Below, piece after piece: positions 24,309-36,400 of a DNA stretch of 64,000 nucleotides. Where the stretch lies: NCBI RefSeq assembly GCF_964355755.1, contig NC_092673.1:2170001-2234000 (forward strand), given 5' to 3'. The stretch is from Antedon mediterranea. Taxonomy: Eukaryota; Animalia; Echinodermata. Position numbers and translations under genes: made by a program. Under the pieces are notes generated by a model. It saw nothing but the letters and a program-made list of their open reading frames with translations, had not been told where the DNA came from and did no database searches. The number at the start of each line of letters is the position of its first letter. The stretch's first letter is position 1.

Positions 24309-25590
24309 TGACCATATTTAAATCTCTTTGTGTGATAAATTGTATTTAAACTTAGAGAGTGATATCTAAAGAGTGCAAGAATAGAAAAGTCGGAATGATG
24401 TACTGTATTCCAAAGTCAATTCATTAAAATGTAAGATTAAATGGTAAATACAAATATTGCAATATGCACATTTTAAATGTAAACCCACTGGTTTGCATAT
24501 TAATAATCATTTGTTGTACAACTTGTCTATCAATTTGACAAAATATGTATTTGATATCCAAATAATTTTAGTTTCTAGTTCAACTTGCATATTTTACATC
24601 TAGACAATTACTGTAAGCATAAATATAGTATAACACCAACAAAATGTCCCCTTAATAAAGGTGTCCCTTTTTGGGTTGGCTGTAACATAGTAGAACACCA
24701 ACAAAATGTCCCCTTAATAGGGGTGCCTCTTGGGTTGGCTATTGGTTGGTTATTAATGAAGACTAATTGGTTAAAAATACAAATTATGCATATTGTTTAA
24801 ATCATCAATGTACTTGTAATTTGCATTAATATTTCATTATAATTTCTGTGACTTATTTATATCATATGTTAATATACAGTAACACCATAGCATGTAAACA
24901 AAGCATTTTGATTCTCAATTTTAATTCATTCTATTATTGAAAACAAGTACTAATGAGTTCATTTCATTTTTATTTATATTTTACCTGCTGAAATGATTTG
25001 GATAATGTTATGATAATTTTATATGAATTAAACAGTACCAATATTTATGTATGTATGCAATTTAGTAAGGTATTGATGTTTGTGTTTTAAATATTAACTA
25101 TGGTTTACATAAACACAATTATTATTATATGTATGTCAATATGATAATTTGTGATTAAAGGAACAAGTAAAATATGTATAGTGTTATGTTTGAATGTAGT
25201 AAACCAAATAACAAAAAGAAACATGATTGAATCAGTGTCTACACAATTGGTTTGGGAATGCTATAGCAGAAGTGCATAAATCATTAACACATTATGACAA
25301 CGGGCTGAATTGCAGAAATAATATATTAGCCTAAATCAATTTACAACATCACACACAAAAAAACACACAGTACGGAGAAAAAAAAAACCGCAGTTGGGCA
25401 AAAACATGGTCAATATGATATATAAAACAATTGCAACAAAATTGCACGAGACAAGATAAGAATGAGTTGGAAACTCTGTCGTAGCGATACAAGGATGCAC
25501 TGTAAATGGTTTCAAGTAATTTTGTCATGTAAATAATTGGGCTATTCTTAAATCTATTCATATTGCACTTCGGTTTTCTAAGGAACATGT

Positions 25591-27885
25591 ATGTGGTACT
25601 ATTTGAAAGGGGAAACCAATTGTTTGGCACGTAAATTTGCAATTGGATTTCTTGGTGTCAATGCTGCAAAGTTTTTGAAACATTGGATCACAAATAGTTT
25701 TCCAACATTTCGTTCTTTGATTTTGCTTTTGAAAGAAGTAGAAAGAAGTAGTAATGATAAGCATTTGGAGGAAGTAGAAACTAACCTTATGAAACATATA
25801 ACAACAACAAAGTTAGACATACAAATTAATGATGTATGTAACTCATTAAGATTCTTTCTCACTCACTATGAACCAAATACAAATGTACATACAGAAAATG
25901 TATTATACCTTTTGAGAAAAGTTCATGACATACCTTCTTTTCACATTGCTGAAAACGTGTATAGTGATATGCCACCTGAAGCAAAAGGTAAAGCAATTGC
26001 TCACAGTTTGATTGCTGTGTCAAATCAAGAAAGGATTTTGAACACGATTACTAGAGATTGTGTGGATTATGTAATAGATGAATGTGAAAAACACAATATG
26101 AAATATGACATAGAGGAATTTTATATTCATGATAGATCAACTGCTACATTAGTTCACATTTTAACAAATTCACCAAAACTGAAATGTTTCTATGCACATC
26201 CTAACACTATTACAGGTACTGTATTGAATGATGTAGTATTAGGCCTACAATGTTGTAGTAAATCAGTTCGTTCAAGTGAAGTAATACATGCTAAGCAACC
26301 AATTATGTTAACATTAGACAAACTTCATATAAGTGATAATAATCTCAGTCAAGTTGATGGTGCTTTACTGGCATCTTTAATCTGTATGAATAAAGATAGT
26401 TCGAGTATGCTTAGTTTGTCTCAACTTAATATGCATAATTGCAATTTATCAGGTAAGATCATGAATAATATGATCACAGAGTATTCTATTAGAAAAGCTA
26501 CCTTGAGATTATCTAATCTGGATATAAGTGATAATAATCTCAGTCAAATTGATGGTGCTTTACTGGCATCTTTTATCTGTATGAATAAAGATAGTTATGG
26601 TAGGCTTCCTTTGACTCATCTTAATATGCATAATTGCAATTTATCAGGTAAGATCATGAATAATATGATCACAGAGTGTTCTAGTAGAACAGCTACCTTA
26701 AGGTTATATAAACTGGATATAAGTGATAATAATCTCAGTCAAATTGATGGTGCTTTACTGGCATCTTTAATCTGTATGATTAAAAATAGTTCATTTAGGT
26801 TTGATTGCTCTCAACTTAATATGCATAATTGCAATTTATCAGGTGAGATCATGAATAATATGATCACAGAGTGTTCTATTAGAAAAGCTACCTCGAGATT
26901 AGATAAACTGGATATAAGTGATAATAATCTCAGTCAAATTGATGGTGCTTTACTGGCATCTTTTATCTGTATGAATAAAGATAGTTATGGTAGTCTTCGT
27001 TTGCCTGAACTTAATATGCATAATTGCAATTTATCAGGTGAGATCATGAATAATATGATCACAGAGTGTTCTAGTAGAACAGCTACCTTGAGATTATCTA
27101 AACTGGATATAAGTGATAATAATCTCAGTCAAATTGATGGTGCTTTACTGGCATCTTTAATCTGTATGATTAAAAATAGTTCATTTAGGTTTGATTTCTC
27201 TCAACTTAATATGCATAATTGCAATTTATCAGGTGAGGTGATGAATAATATGATCACAGAGTGTTCTAGTAGAACAGCTACCTTTTGGTTATCTAAACTG
27301 GATATAAGTGATAATAATCTCAGTCAAATTGATGGTGCTTTACTGGCATCTTTAATCGGTATGAATAAAAATAGTTCAGGTAGGGTTTGTTTGTCTCAAC
27401 TTAATATTCATAATTGCAATTTATCAGGTGAGGTGATGAATAATATGATCACAGAGTGTTCTAGTAGAACAGCTACCTTGAGATTAGGTAAACTGGATAT
27501 AAGTGATAACAATCTCAGTCAAATTGATGGTGCTTTACTGGCATCTTTAATCTGTAGGAATAAAAATAGTTCAGGTAGGCTTGGTTTCTCTCAACTTAAT
27601 ATGCATAATTGCAATTTATCAGGTGAGATATTAAATAATATGATCACAGAGTGTTCCAGTGGAACAGCAGCTACCTTTTGGTTATCTAACCTGGATATAA
27701 GTGATAATAATCTCAGTCAAGTTGATAGTGGTTTACTGGCATCTTTTATCTGTATGATAGAATCAGATAGGCTTCGTTTGACTCAACTTAATATGCAAAA
27801 TTGCAATTTATCAATTGAGGTGATGAATATGACTAAAAGTTTAAATAGAAGAGTAATAATTAACACTGAAGTGATATCTATTTAA
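25591..27885 (+). pseudogene. NACHT-less partial NLR copy (764-aa ORF), either a pseudogene, a decoy or an assembly artefact
   Basis: Matches the NLR C-terminal region from ARKFAIG onward, except one L>S change. The first ~12 codons come from antisense LINE sequence across the duplication junction. Confidence 0.6.
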
Positions 27886-29216
27886 TGACCATATTTAAAT
27901 CTCTTTGTGTGATAAATTGTATTTAAACTTAGAGAGTGATATCTAAAGAGTGCAAGAATAGAAAAGTCGGAATGATGTACTGTATTCCAAAGTCAATTCA
28001 TTAAAATGTAAGATTAAATGGTAAATACAAATATTGCAATATGCACATTTTAAATGTAAACCCACTGGTTTGCATATTAATAATCATTTGTTGTACAACT
28101 TGTCTATCAATTTGACAAAATATGTATTTGATATCCAAATAATTTTAGTTTCTAGTTCAACTTGCATATTTTACATCTAGACAATTACTGTAAGCATAAA
28201 TATAGTATAACACCAACAAAATGTCCCCTTAATAAAGGTGTCCCTTTTTGGGTTGGCTGTAACATAGTAGAACACCAACAAAATGTCCCCTTAATAGGGG
28301 TGCCTCTTGGGTTGGCTATTGGTTGGTTATTAATGAAGACTAATTGGTTAAAAATACAAATTATGCATATTGTTTAAATCATCAATGTACTTGTAATTTG
28401 CATTAATATTTCATTATAATTTCTGTGACTTATTTATATCATATGTTAATATACAGTAACACCATAGCATGTAAACAAAGCATTTTGATTCTCAATTTTA
28501 ATTCATTCTATTATTGAAAACAAGTACTAATGAGTTCATTTCATTTTTATTTATATTTTACCTGCTGAAATGATTTGGATAATGTTATGATAATTTTATA
28601 TGAATTAAACAGTACCAATATTTATGTATGTATGCAATTTAGTAAGGTATTGATGTTTGTGTTTTAAATATTAACTATGGTTTACATAAACACAATTATT
28701 ATTATATGTATGTCAATATGATAATTTGTGATTAAAGGAACAAGTAAAATATGTATAGTGTTATGTTTGAATGTAGTAAACCAAATAACAAAAAGAAACA
28801 TGATTGAATCAGTGTCTACACAATTGGTTTGGGAATGCTATAGCAGAAGTGCATAAATCATTAACACATTATGACAACGGGCTGAATTGCAGAAATAATA
28901 TATTAGCCTAAATCAATTTACAACATCACACACAAAAAAACACACAGTACGGAGAAAAAAAAAACCGCAGTTGGGCAAAAACATGGTCAATATGATATAT
29001 AAAACAATTGGAACAAAATTGCACGAGACAAGATAAGAATGAGTTGGAAACTCATGAGTTGGAAACTCTGTCGTAGCGATACAAGGATGCACTGTAAATG
29101 GTTTCAAGTAATTTTGTCATGTAAATAATTGGGCTATTCTTAAATCTATTCATATTGCACTTCGGTTTTCTAAGGAACATGTATGTGGTACTATTTGAAA
29201 GGGGAAACCAATTGTT
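25625..29216 (+). repeat. Second copy of a 3,577-bp tandem duplication (copy A = 22048-25624)
   Basis: Constant offset of 3577 (stop codons at 24308 and 27885). I saw only a T>C at 26894, a C>G at 29011 and a 15-bp insertion at ~29051. Confidence 0.95.
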
Positions 29217-29515
29217 AAATCTGGAAGATCTGAAAGCCTTATCAGCGAAAACCCTACAAAAATCATCCCTGCGAGCCGATACAGTTTCCAACCCGAACCT
29301 ACTAAGGACAGCATTATATGATCAGACAAAATTATCACCAAGGATGCAACGGCAAGCCCTACGTTGAATTCTCTGTAATTTAGCAGACTGAGCTTGTGTT
29401 AAACTGGGGTGCCACACTGGAACGGCATAGTCTAGGACAGGTTTTTGTACACAGCAAGAAGATCATCGTAACAAAGGCCAGCACGTTTTAGTAAGCGCAA
29501 CATAAAAGTTTACCA
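29040..29515 (-). mobile_element. 5'-truncated, degenerate LINE (CR1/L2-like) ORF2 C-terminus
   Basis: Reverse translation gives LFMLRLLKRAGL...PVLDYAVPVWHPSLTQAQSAKLQRIQRRACRCILG...*SYNAVL...LETVSARRDDFC...RFKNSPIIY, with a frameshift and a stop. This is the typical post-RT region. Confidence 0.8.
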
Positions 29516-30474
29516 TTGGCCTTAATATACAGGGAATTAGTGTTATTTTAGTACCGAAGATGAAATCCAGCACTTATGTTATATTATATGTTCACATCGG
29601 ATGCGTCATCACAGAGCATCGATTCTTACGTCACGTCATGTCTGATGTGAACCAATGCGTAAATAATTTTAAAGCTTAGGTACTGGCATGAATTTTAAAT
29701 ATAATATTTGGTTAATTGTACATAAATCAAATATTTGTAACAGAAATCAAGACGAAAAAACATGAATTTTCCTTAATATGGTCAAATACAAAATTTGGCA
29801 AAATTCCTACACAAAAAAAAACCAGGAAGACTTTTTTTTCAGTAGTTAGGTAGTTAACCTAATGTAATAACATGTCTAGTGACTCCCTAGAAGGTGAAAA
29901 AAGATGGTGGATATACGGTGGATAATTTTTGCTATAGCATGAAAAAAAAAATCTTAAGTTGAATAAAAATACCAGAAATATAATATTCAAGTTATATTAC
30001 CTTATTTAGTCATCTGATAACATTTTTTACCACACCGTTTATTTTTCATAGCTTTTTAAAATGCCTCTCTATTTAAAAAATGTGTGTACAAAGGAATAGA
30101 GATTTTACTGTGTAATTTGAATTATCCCCCACTGATAAGATGGTGCTTATTTTCAACAAGCTCGTGTAACACAAATAAAATCCCAAAAATTATGAAACAT
30201 AGGGGAAACTATAGATCGATAATTATTGGAATGTATGATCAATAGACATTTTTTGCCCGCACCTGGCCTTTAAATTTGTGTGATGGTCACTTCCAAGTGA
30301 ATAACTGAACAATGGTGCCAAAATATTTTGAATGAAAATATGATTTGAAAAAGAAACACAAAACAACTTGTAATTACAGTAATATATTTTTTACAGAATG
30401 TTTTTAATAAAATTATTTTGACAGAAAGATACCAATTTTGACCTGCTCATTAAAAAGTGTTGACACATTGATCT

Positions 30475-33400
30475 CTATGTTTGACTTGAACGTTTAAATT
30501 TAAAACTTTTTAATGGATTCTCTTCTTTCTTTCTCTGAAATGATAAGAATTTAATGAAATATTATTAACATAATGTTCACTACTAATTTGAGGATATTGA
30601 TTTATAGGGGTAATGTTTTTGTAGTTTATTTTGCCTATGAAAATAGGCGTTAGTAATCAAAGTATTTTAATTGTTCAATACAGTAGTTGTAAAAAGATGA
30701 TACCTAAAATCTGTGTATGCACAGTTGCTCACTGATGCATATCATTCACAAAGACACTAGAAACATTGTTTCTTTTGCTTCTCACATATTAGGTGTATGT
30801 ATATGCACAGTTGCTCACTGATGCATATCGTCACGTGAGAGGAATTCACAAAAACACTAGAAACACTGTTTCTTTTGCTTCTCACATATTAGGTGTTGCA
30901 GATCAGCACTCTTGTTACTACATACATACATTTATCTACCTCAAATTACCTACCTTTATTTTGACAGCCTTTGATTCTATTTGAGTACTATTTGCATCTG
31001 GGTTAACACGTTTCCTTGTGAATGATGTATTGCCTTTTAAAGCTTTTGGAACTTGAAAAAAAGAAACCAGAAAAATATTAATTAGAAAAATAAAGAAATA
31101 AATTATATTGTCTGCTTCATCTATCTTGTAGCTGTAATCAACTTAGCAAGGCATGTATTACTACTAATCAAAATACCTAACTTTATTTACCCATAACATA
31201 GTATATTTTCTATATCTGAAATATATGCCACCAACAGAATAAATATGAGAGTAACGGAGTATTTTCTATATAGCCAAATGGCTTAACATATATTTTTATT
31301 GTATTTGTATACGTTTTTATCTGATTATGGAATAAAAATGTCGATGATTGTTTAAAAAAAAACCATTTATATTAACTATACTAACATCCTCATTTGTGAC
31401 TATTACTTCCTACCTAGGTAGGTAGTCGGGTACAGAAGAGAGCTCTGCATGTACTTAACAATAACATTCAGTCTAACCAACCTAGGTAGTCTGGTACAGA
31501 AGAGAGCACTGCATGTAATTTAACAATAACCTTCAGTCTAACCAACCTAGATAGTCAGGTACAGAAGAGAGCTCTGCATGTACTTTAGCTGAATGCAATG
31601 CCTTGTCATGACGTAACAACTTCAAGTCTCGTGGATTATCATCAAAATACGTTTTCAGTTTCTTGGAATTCAAAATTTCGGACTTGATCTCTTTTAACCT
31701 AGCCTCCTTGACAGCAACTTTTGTGACAGCTCTCAATGCATCCTGCAGGAACAATAACCATTGGATATTTACATGTATTAAGATACATAGCTTTTGTTTT
31801 GTTTGCAAACTTACATTAAATAATTTTTTATCACTTGGCTCTTTATACTTAAAAGCAAAGATATTATACAAACAAACTATATATACTTCTCATGCAATTG
31901 ATCAAAGCCTTAAATATGCATGAGTTATTTAATTTCGTTTTCTTTTAATTTATTTCTGGCAGTCTTATTTTTTATTTAGCTTTTGGCTTATTTTATTTGT
32001 ATCTCCATTGAGATCCTTCAACTAATACCCACAGCACTGTCAATTTTATAAAACCTTAAATGTACATTATGCAGAAAGAAATTTTTGTTAAAAATATTTT
32101 TTTAAAGCAAGACTACAACACTAACCTGTGCCCGGTATCTGAATCCTTCTATCTCAGACATTCTAAATTTATATGGCTTCAGTGGAGATGCATTGTCACC
32201 TACAAAGATAGATTGGATTAGATGTGAGGGCGTGTGGCGCAGTGTGTTGGACGTTGGCATACTGATTGTGAGACCGAGGTTAGAATCCAACTCTCGTTGC
32301 ATTGCTTGTATCCGTAGGCAAGATGCTTTATTTACGTTTGCCTCTCTCCACCCAGGTGTATAAATTGGGTACCCGGTTAGAATAGAAATTTGCGCTGATT
32401 ACTAGCTGCATTATGGGATATATGTTTCCATGTGTTTGATCCAAAAAAATGACTGGGGTAATAATGTTCAGCGCATTGAGAGCTTGCTTATATGCGCTAT
32501 ATAAGAATGAATTATTATTATTAGTGGTTAGTTAGATAGATACTTCAGGATCACTGTAAAGTAATAGGCACACAGTATGTATTGATTTGACTGGATCATT
32601 TAAATACCTGATTGAAGCGTGCTTTCTATCTCATTAAAAACATCCAATTCATTTTCACCAACAAATGAGAGTGATGTACCCAACTGATCACCTCTTGCAG
32701 TCCTTTAAAATGTATTAAACAAAACTAATTAGTTAGTGCTTGATCTTCAATACCCAGGAGTTGTAGTGCAAGATTGGCTTGATGTTTCTGTAAAATTTCA
32801 CCTATGGGAGACGGCTTAGCAGTGGGTCTGATATTGGGAGAGGGTGGGTGGAGGTGCGGCGGTTGCGAAAGGGGAATTATACTTATTTAGATTGATATCA
32901 GTGTCTTTAATTACTAATCTGTCACACCTTCCATGGTGAAATATCATAAATCTATGGGAGACTCTCTAGAATTAGAAGATCATCTGGGTGATATGTGGTC
33001 GGGTTGGGGGGGGGGGGGGTGTGGGTTGTTGGGGGTTGGTGTGGGTTGTTGAGAGTTATATTTAATTATTATTCTGTCTCACCTTCCTACACGGTGGATG
33101 TACGCTTTCAGAGACAATGGGAAATCAAAATTCACTACGTTTGAGACATTTTGAAAGTCTATTCCCCTTGATACACCGTATTCTTTAGATTTTTTCTTGA
33201 TTTTCTTTCTGAAAAAAAAAATGTGAAAATTGATGATTAGTATTTACAATATCAAAAAACTAAATATGGGCATTAGTTGTGTAGGTCATGAATATTCATG
33301 ATTATACTACAGAATGATTAGTGTCTAGTATAATATGACAATACTTCCGTAATACAGCATCTCATGTGTTTCACATATGATGCCAGTATCATGGGTTAGG

Positions 33401-36400
33401 TTAAGTAAGAATCTGATACAGACACTACATATACTTTTCACTGGTGATGCTGTATCATGGAATTTGCCCATGGACAAATTTAGATATAGCACCGAGCATC
33501 TGCTAAAATATTGTATGTTTGTAAATTGAACAAGCGTGACGAACATTAACTTATTTGGCGTAAAGTGTGCCCTCAAGTTGTTGATGTACGCGGTCTTAGC
33601 TAAGACTGTTTTATAGCAATGGTCTAACAGGGGTGGCTTTAGTAAGACCATCTATCTGATATTAAAGCCGGCTTTAATCAGGGAGTTACGACCATCAGTT
33701 AAGACTGTTTTATAGCAATCCGGATTTAACTTACTTCAACTGTTTGTTACTTTCACCATCGGCAACATTATGCTTTTTGTCCAATATGATGCTTTCATCT
33801 GACGCAATGATGATGTCATAGAGGCCACTGTTGAATTGGTTTACTATATGACAACGTGAATTCACAGGAAGTTCAGAGTTCAATACACAACTACGTATTT
33901 GAAACTGTTCCAAGAACAGCTTTAGTCTGCAAAAATTAAACAAAATATTAAAATGATACTGTATTTACAAATTGTTTACTACAGTCTCTCCCAAGACTTT
34001 TCTTGAGATTCAAAAGGTTCTAAATTCATTTTTTTTACCATTAAAAATTCATTTCGAATATCAGACTTTCTGTAAAACCAGACATGTTAGGCCAGCCCAA
34101 AGGTGTTCGCTATTGGGAGAGTTGACTGTATTTCTCTGAATGCTTTGGAAAAAATAACAATGATAATATTTTTTTTCACACCATCCAAAAACAAGCACTG
34201 GCTTGACAATTACAGGATGTAAAACACTTGCTTTCATAAAAAAGTCTCATACAAGGATTAAATAGTGGCATTGTATTGGCCATAAAATTTTGGAATTTTT
34301 ACAAGGTTTGAACCAAGTATTGGTAAGCAAGCATGCCAACCAAGCCACATTAAAATTTAACATATACATGATCTATACTTTACCTGATACACCTGTCAAT
34401 TGTATTCACAAAGATAATTGTCTTGCCTCGAATCAGCTTTAACTTGAGTAATGAGAAGATAAGTAGAAACTTGTCATCCTGGGCGCATTTCACATGGTAT
34501 TGGGATAGCTGGCCACTGTCTGCTAAATCGGAATCCTCCAACTTTAAAATCACCTAATTTAAATAATTGTAAATGTAGTAGTTTAATGTTTAAAGACACT
34601 TAATTATATATCGGTACCTTTCAAATCATAGCATCTGATTGGTTAATCGCCGGTCTATAGTTATTGCCATGCCCTTGAACTATAGACTGGCTGAACTACG
34701 CATGTCTGTTTCCACTTCAATACAATTGGATACACATGCGCGACGGAATGATTTCATAGCTAGTCCTAGTCTATAATATGATTCACTTTTGTAGATGGAG
34801 CTGACTGATGGAGCGGCCAGTTAAAATATGTAGAAACAAATAAAGTATGATTTGGGAATATTTATCGCATATCTGGAAGCGACGAATTATCAAATCAAAT
34901 TTTTTTTTCTTCTAGCTACCTAGGCCTACTCCAACCAAGTCCATGTTATGCATTCACTTTGGCCTAGCCTACAGCCAAATTGCATTGTATGGTATATAAA
35001 ACAAATATTTACTGGGTTTCACCATTGATCTGGAGACTATACTATATCCCTCGACTTCGTTTCGGAATATAGTATAGTCTCCAGATCATCTTAGGCTATA
35101 TTGTTAACCGTGCCCCTCATCCCAGTCAATATTTGTATACTATCTGCAGCTTCCCCAACTTGTTATCGACTTTTGAACTTGGTCAAGATATGAATGTTAA
35201 ACATCTGACATTCAGTACTGGAATTATTACATTATCAACTATAGAAACTGCAAAGACTACAGTACCGGACAGAATTATTGCAGATTTTGAACGCATTCAA
35301 CGCATTGTTAAAGTGTTGACAACGCGTTGAAACTGCGTTGTCCGTTGGCGTTGAAAGTGTTGAGTTCGTTGAACTGTTTATTCAACCAACACAATGTGTT
35401 GCGTTGAGTTTGCGTTGAAATAACGAACAATCGGATTCGTATGGTATTTACAGATTGCCAGTGTGTATTAGTAGTAGTAGTAATAGTATAAAATACAGTA
35501 TTACAAATATTTAAGAAAACAAACATAATGTGTATTTTTCCGCGGAAGCCTAGCTTAATATATTACACTAGGCTAGGCCTACTACTAACGAGTAGGCCCC
35601 GTGTGTATATGAGCCGCGTCTGCCATCGCAGTTAAAAGTAGTGGTCATGTCCTCCATTACTGTGTGCCTATATTAACTGGAGTATTAAATACCAAAGTTA
35701 AGGCGGCGGTGAATCTTGGAGGCTAGGTCACATCGTAATTAATTATTTCCAAACTAAAAACTTCGCAGTACTGTACTACATTTTTCTCGATTATTTATAA
35801 AAACAACGTAGCCTACACCCGCCGCCATGGAAGGCAACAATACACCACCAACATAACGATCCAGCATGGTCGTCGTCTTTTTCACGCATGCTTTTCGTGA
35901 CGTGAGGGACGAACTGATCGAAAGGTGAAGAGTTCATTCATTATGAAATAACGCGTAATTAAAAGGGAAAAAAAATCGTTTAGTTTTATTATTATCCATA
36001 AATATATCATTATCATGTATTATATTATAAATTAATTATTGTGATGCCTAACGTAACCCATGCAGAGAAAAGCGTTAAATATAATCAAGAAATAGGAATG
36101 ACCAATTTGATGACAATAGGCAATGTTAGGCGTTTTCTTTAAAATCAAAACCTGTGCCATACCATATTATTCACGCCAAGGTGTAACCCACAAATATTTG
36201 AATAACCAAACAATTCAGAATAAAGAACCACTTTATTCTGATGCAAGACAATATATTATTACAGGCGAGGTTTAGGCGTTTTCTCTTTAACATACTATTG
36301 TTTTGTTTCTTAATATAATTATATTGGCCTCCTCCTGAAACTGTATGAATGGGATGGGAGTTGGGAGTTGCGAGAATATGCGAGCGAACAGCCAAGATTT

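Noticed and set aside
20897-25862. Minus-strand ORFs overlapping the NLR exon and its duplicate
   Set aside because: Antisense shadows of the long plus-strand ORF.
30712-30897. Two-copy ~90-bp repeat in the last DDX56 intron as a snoRNA
   Set aside because: No convincing C/D or H/ACA box arrangement on the sense strand. It looks like a plain local duplication.
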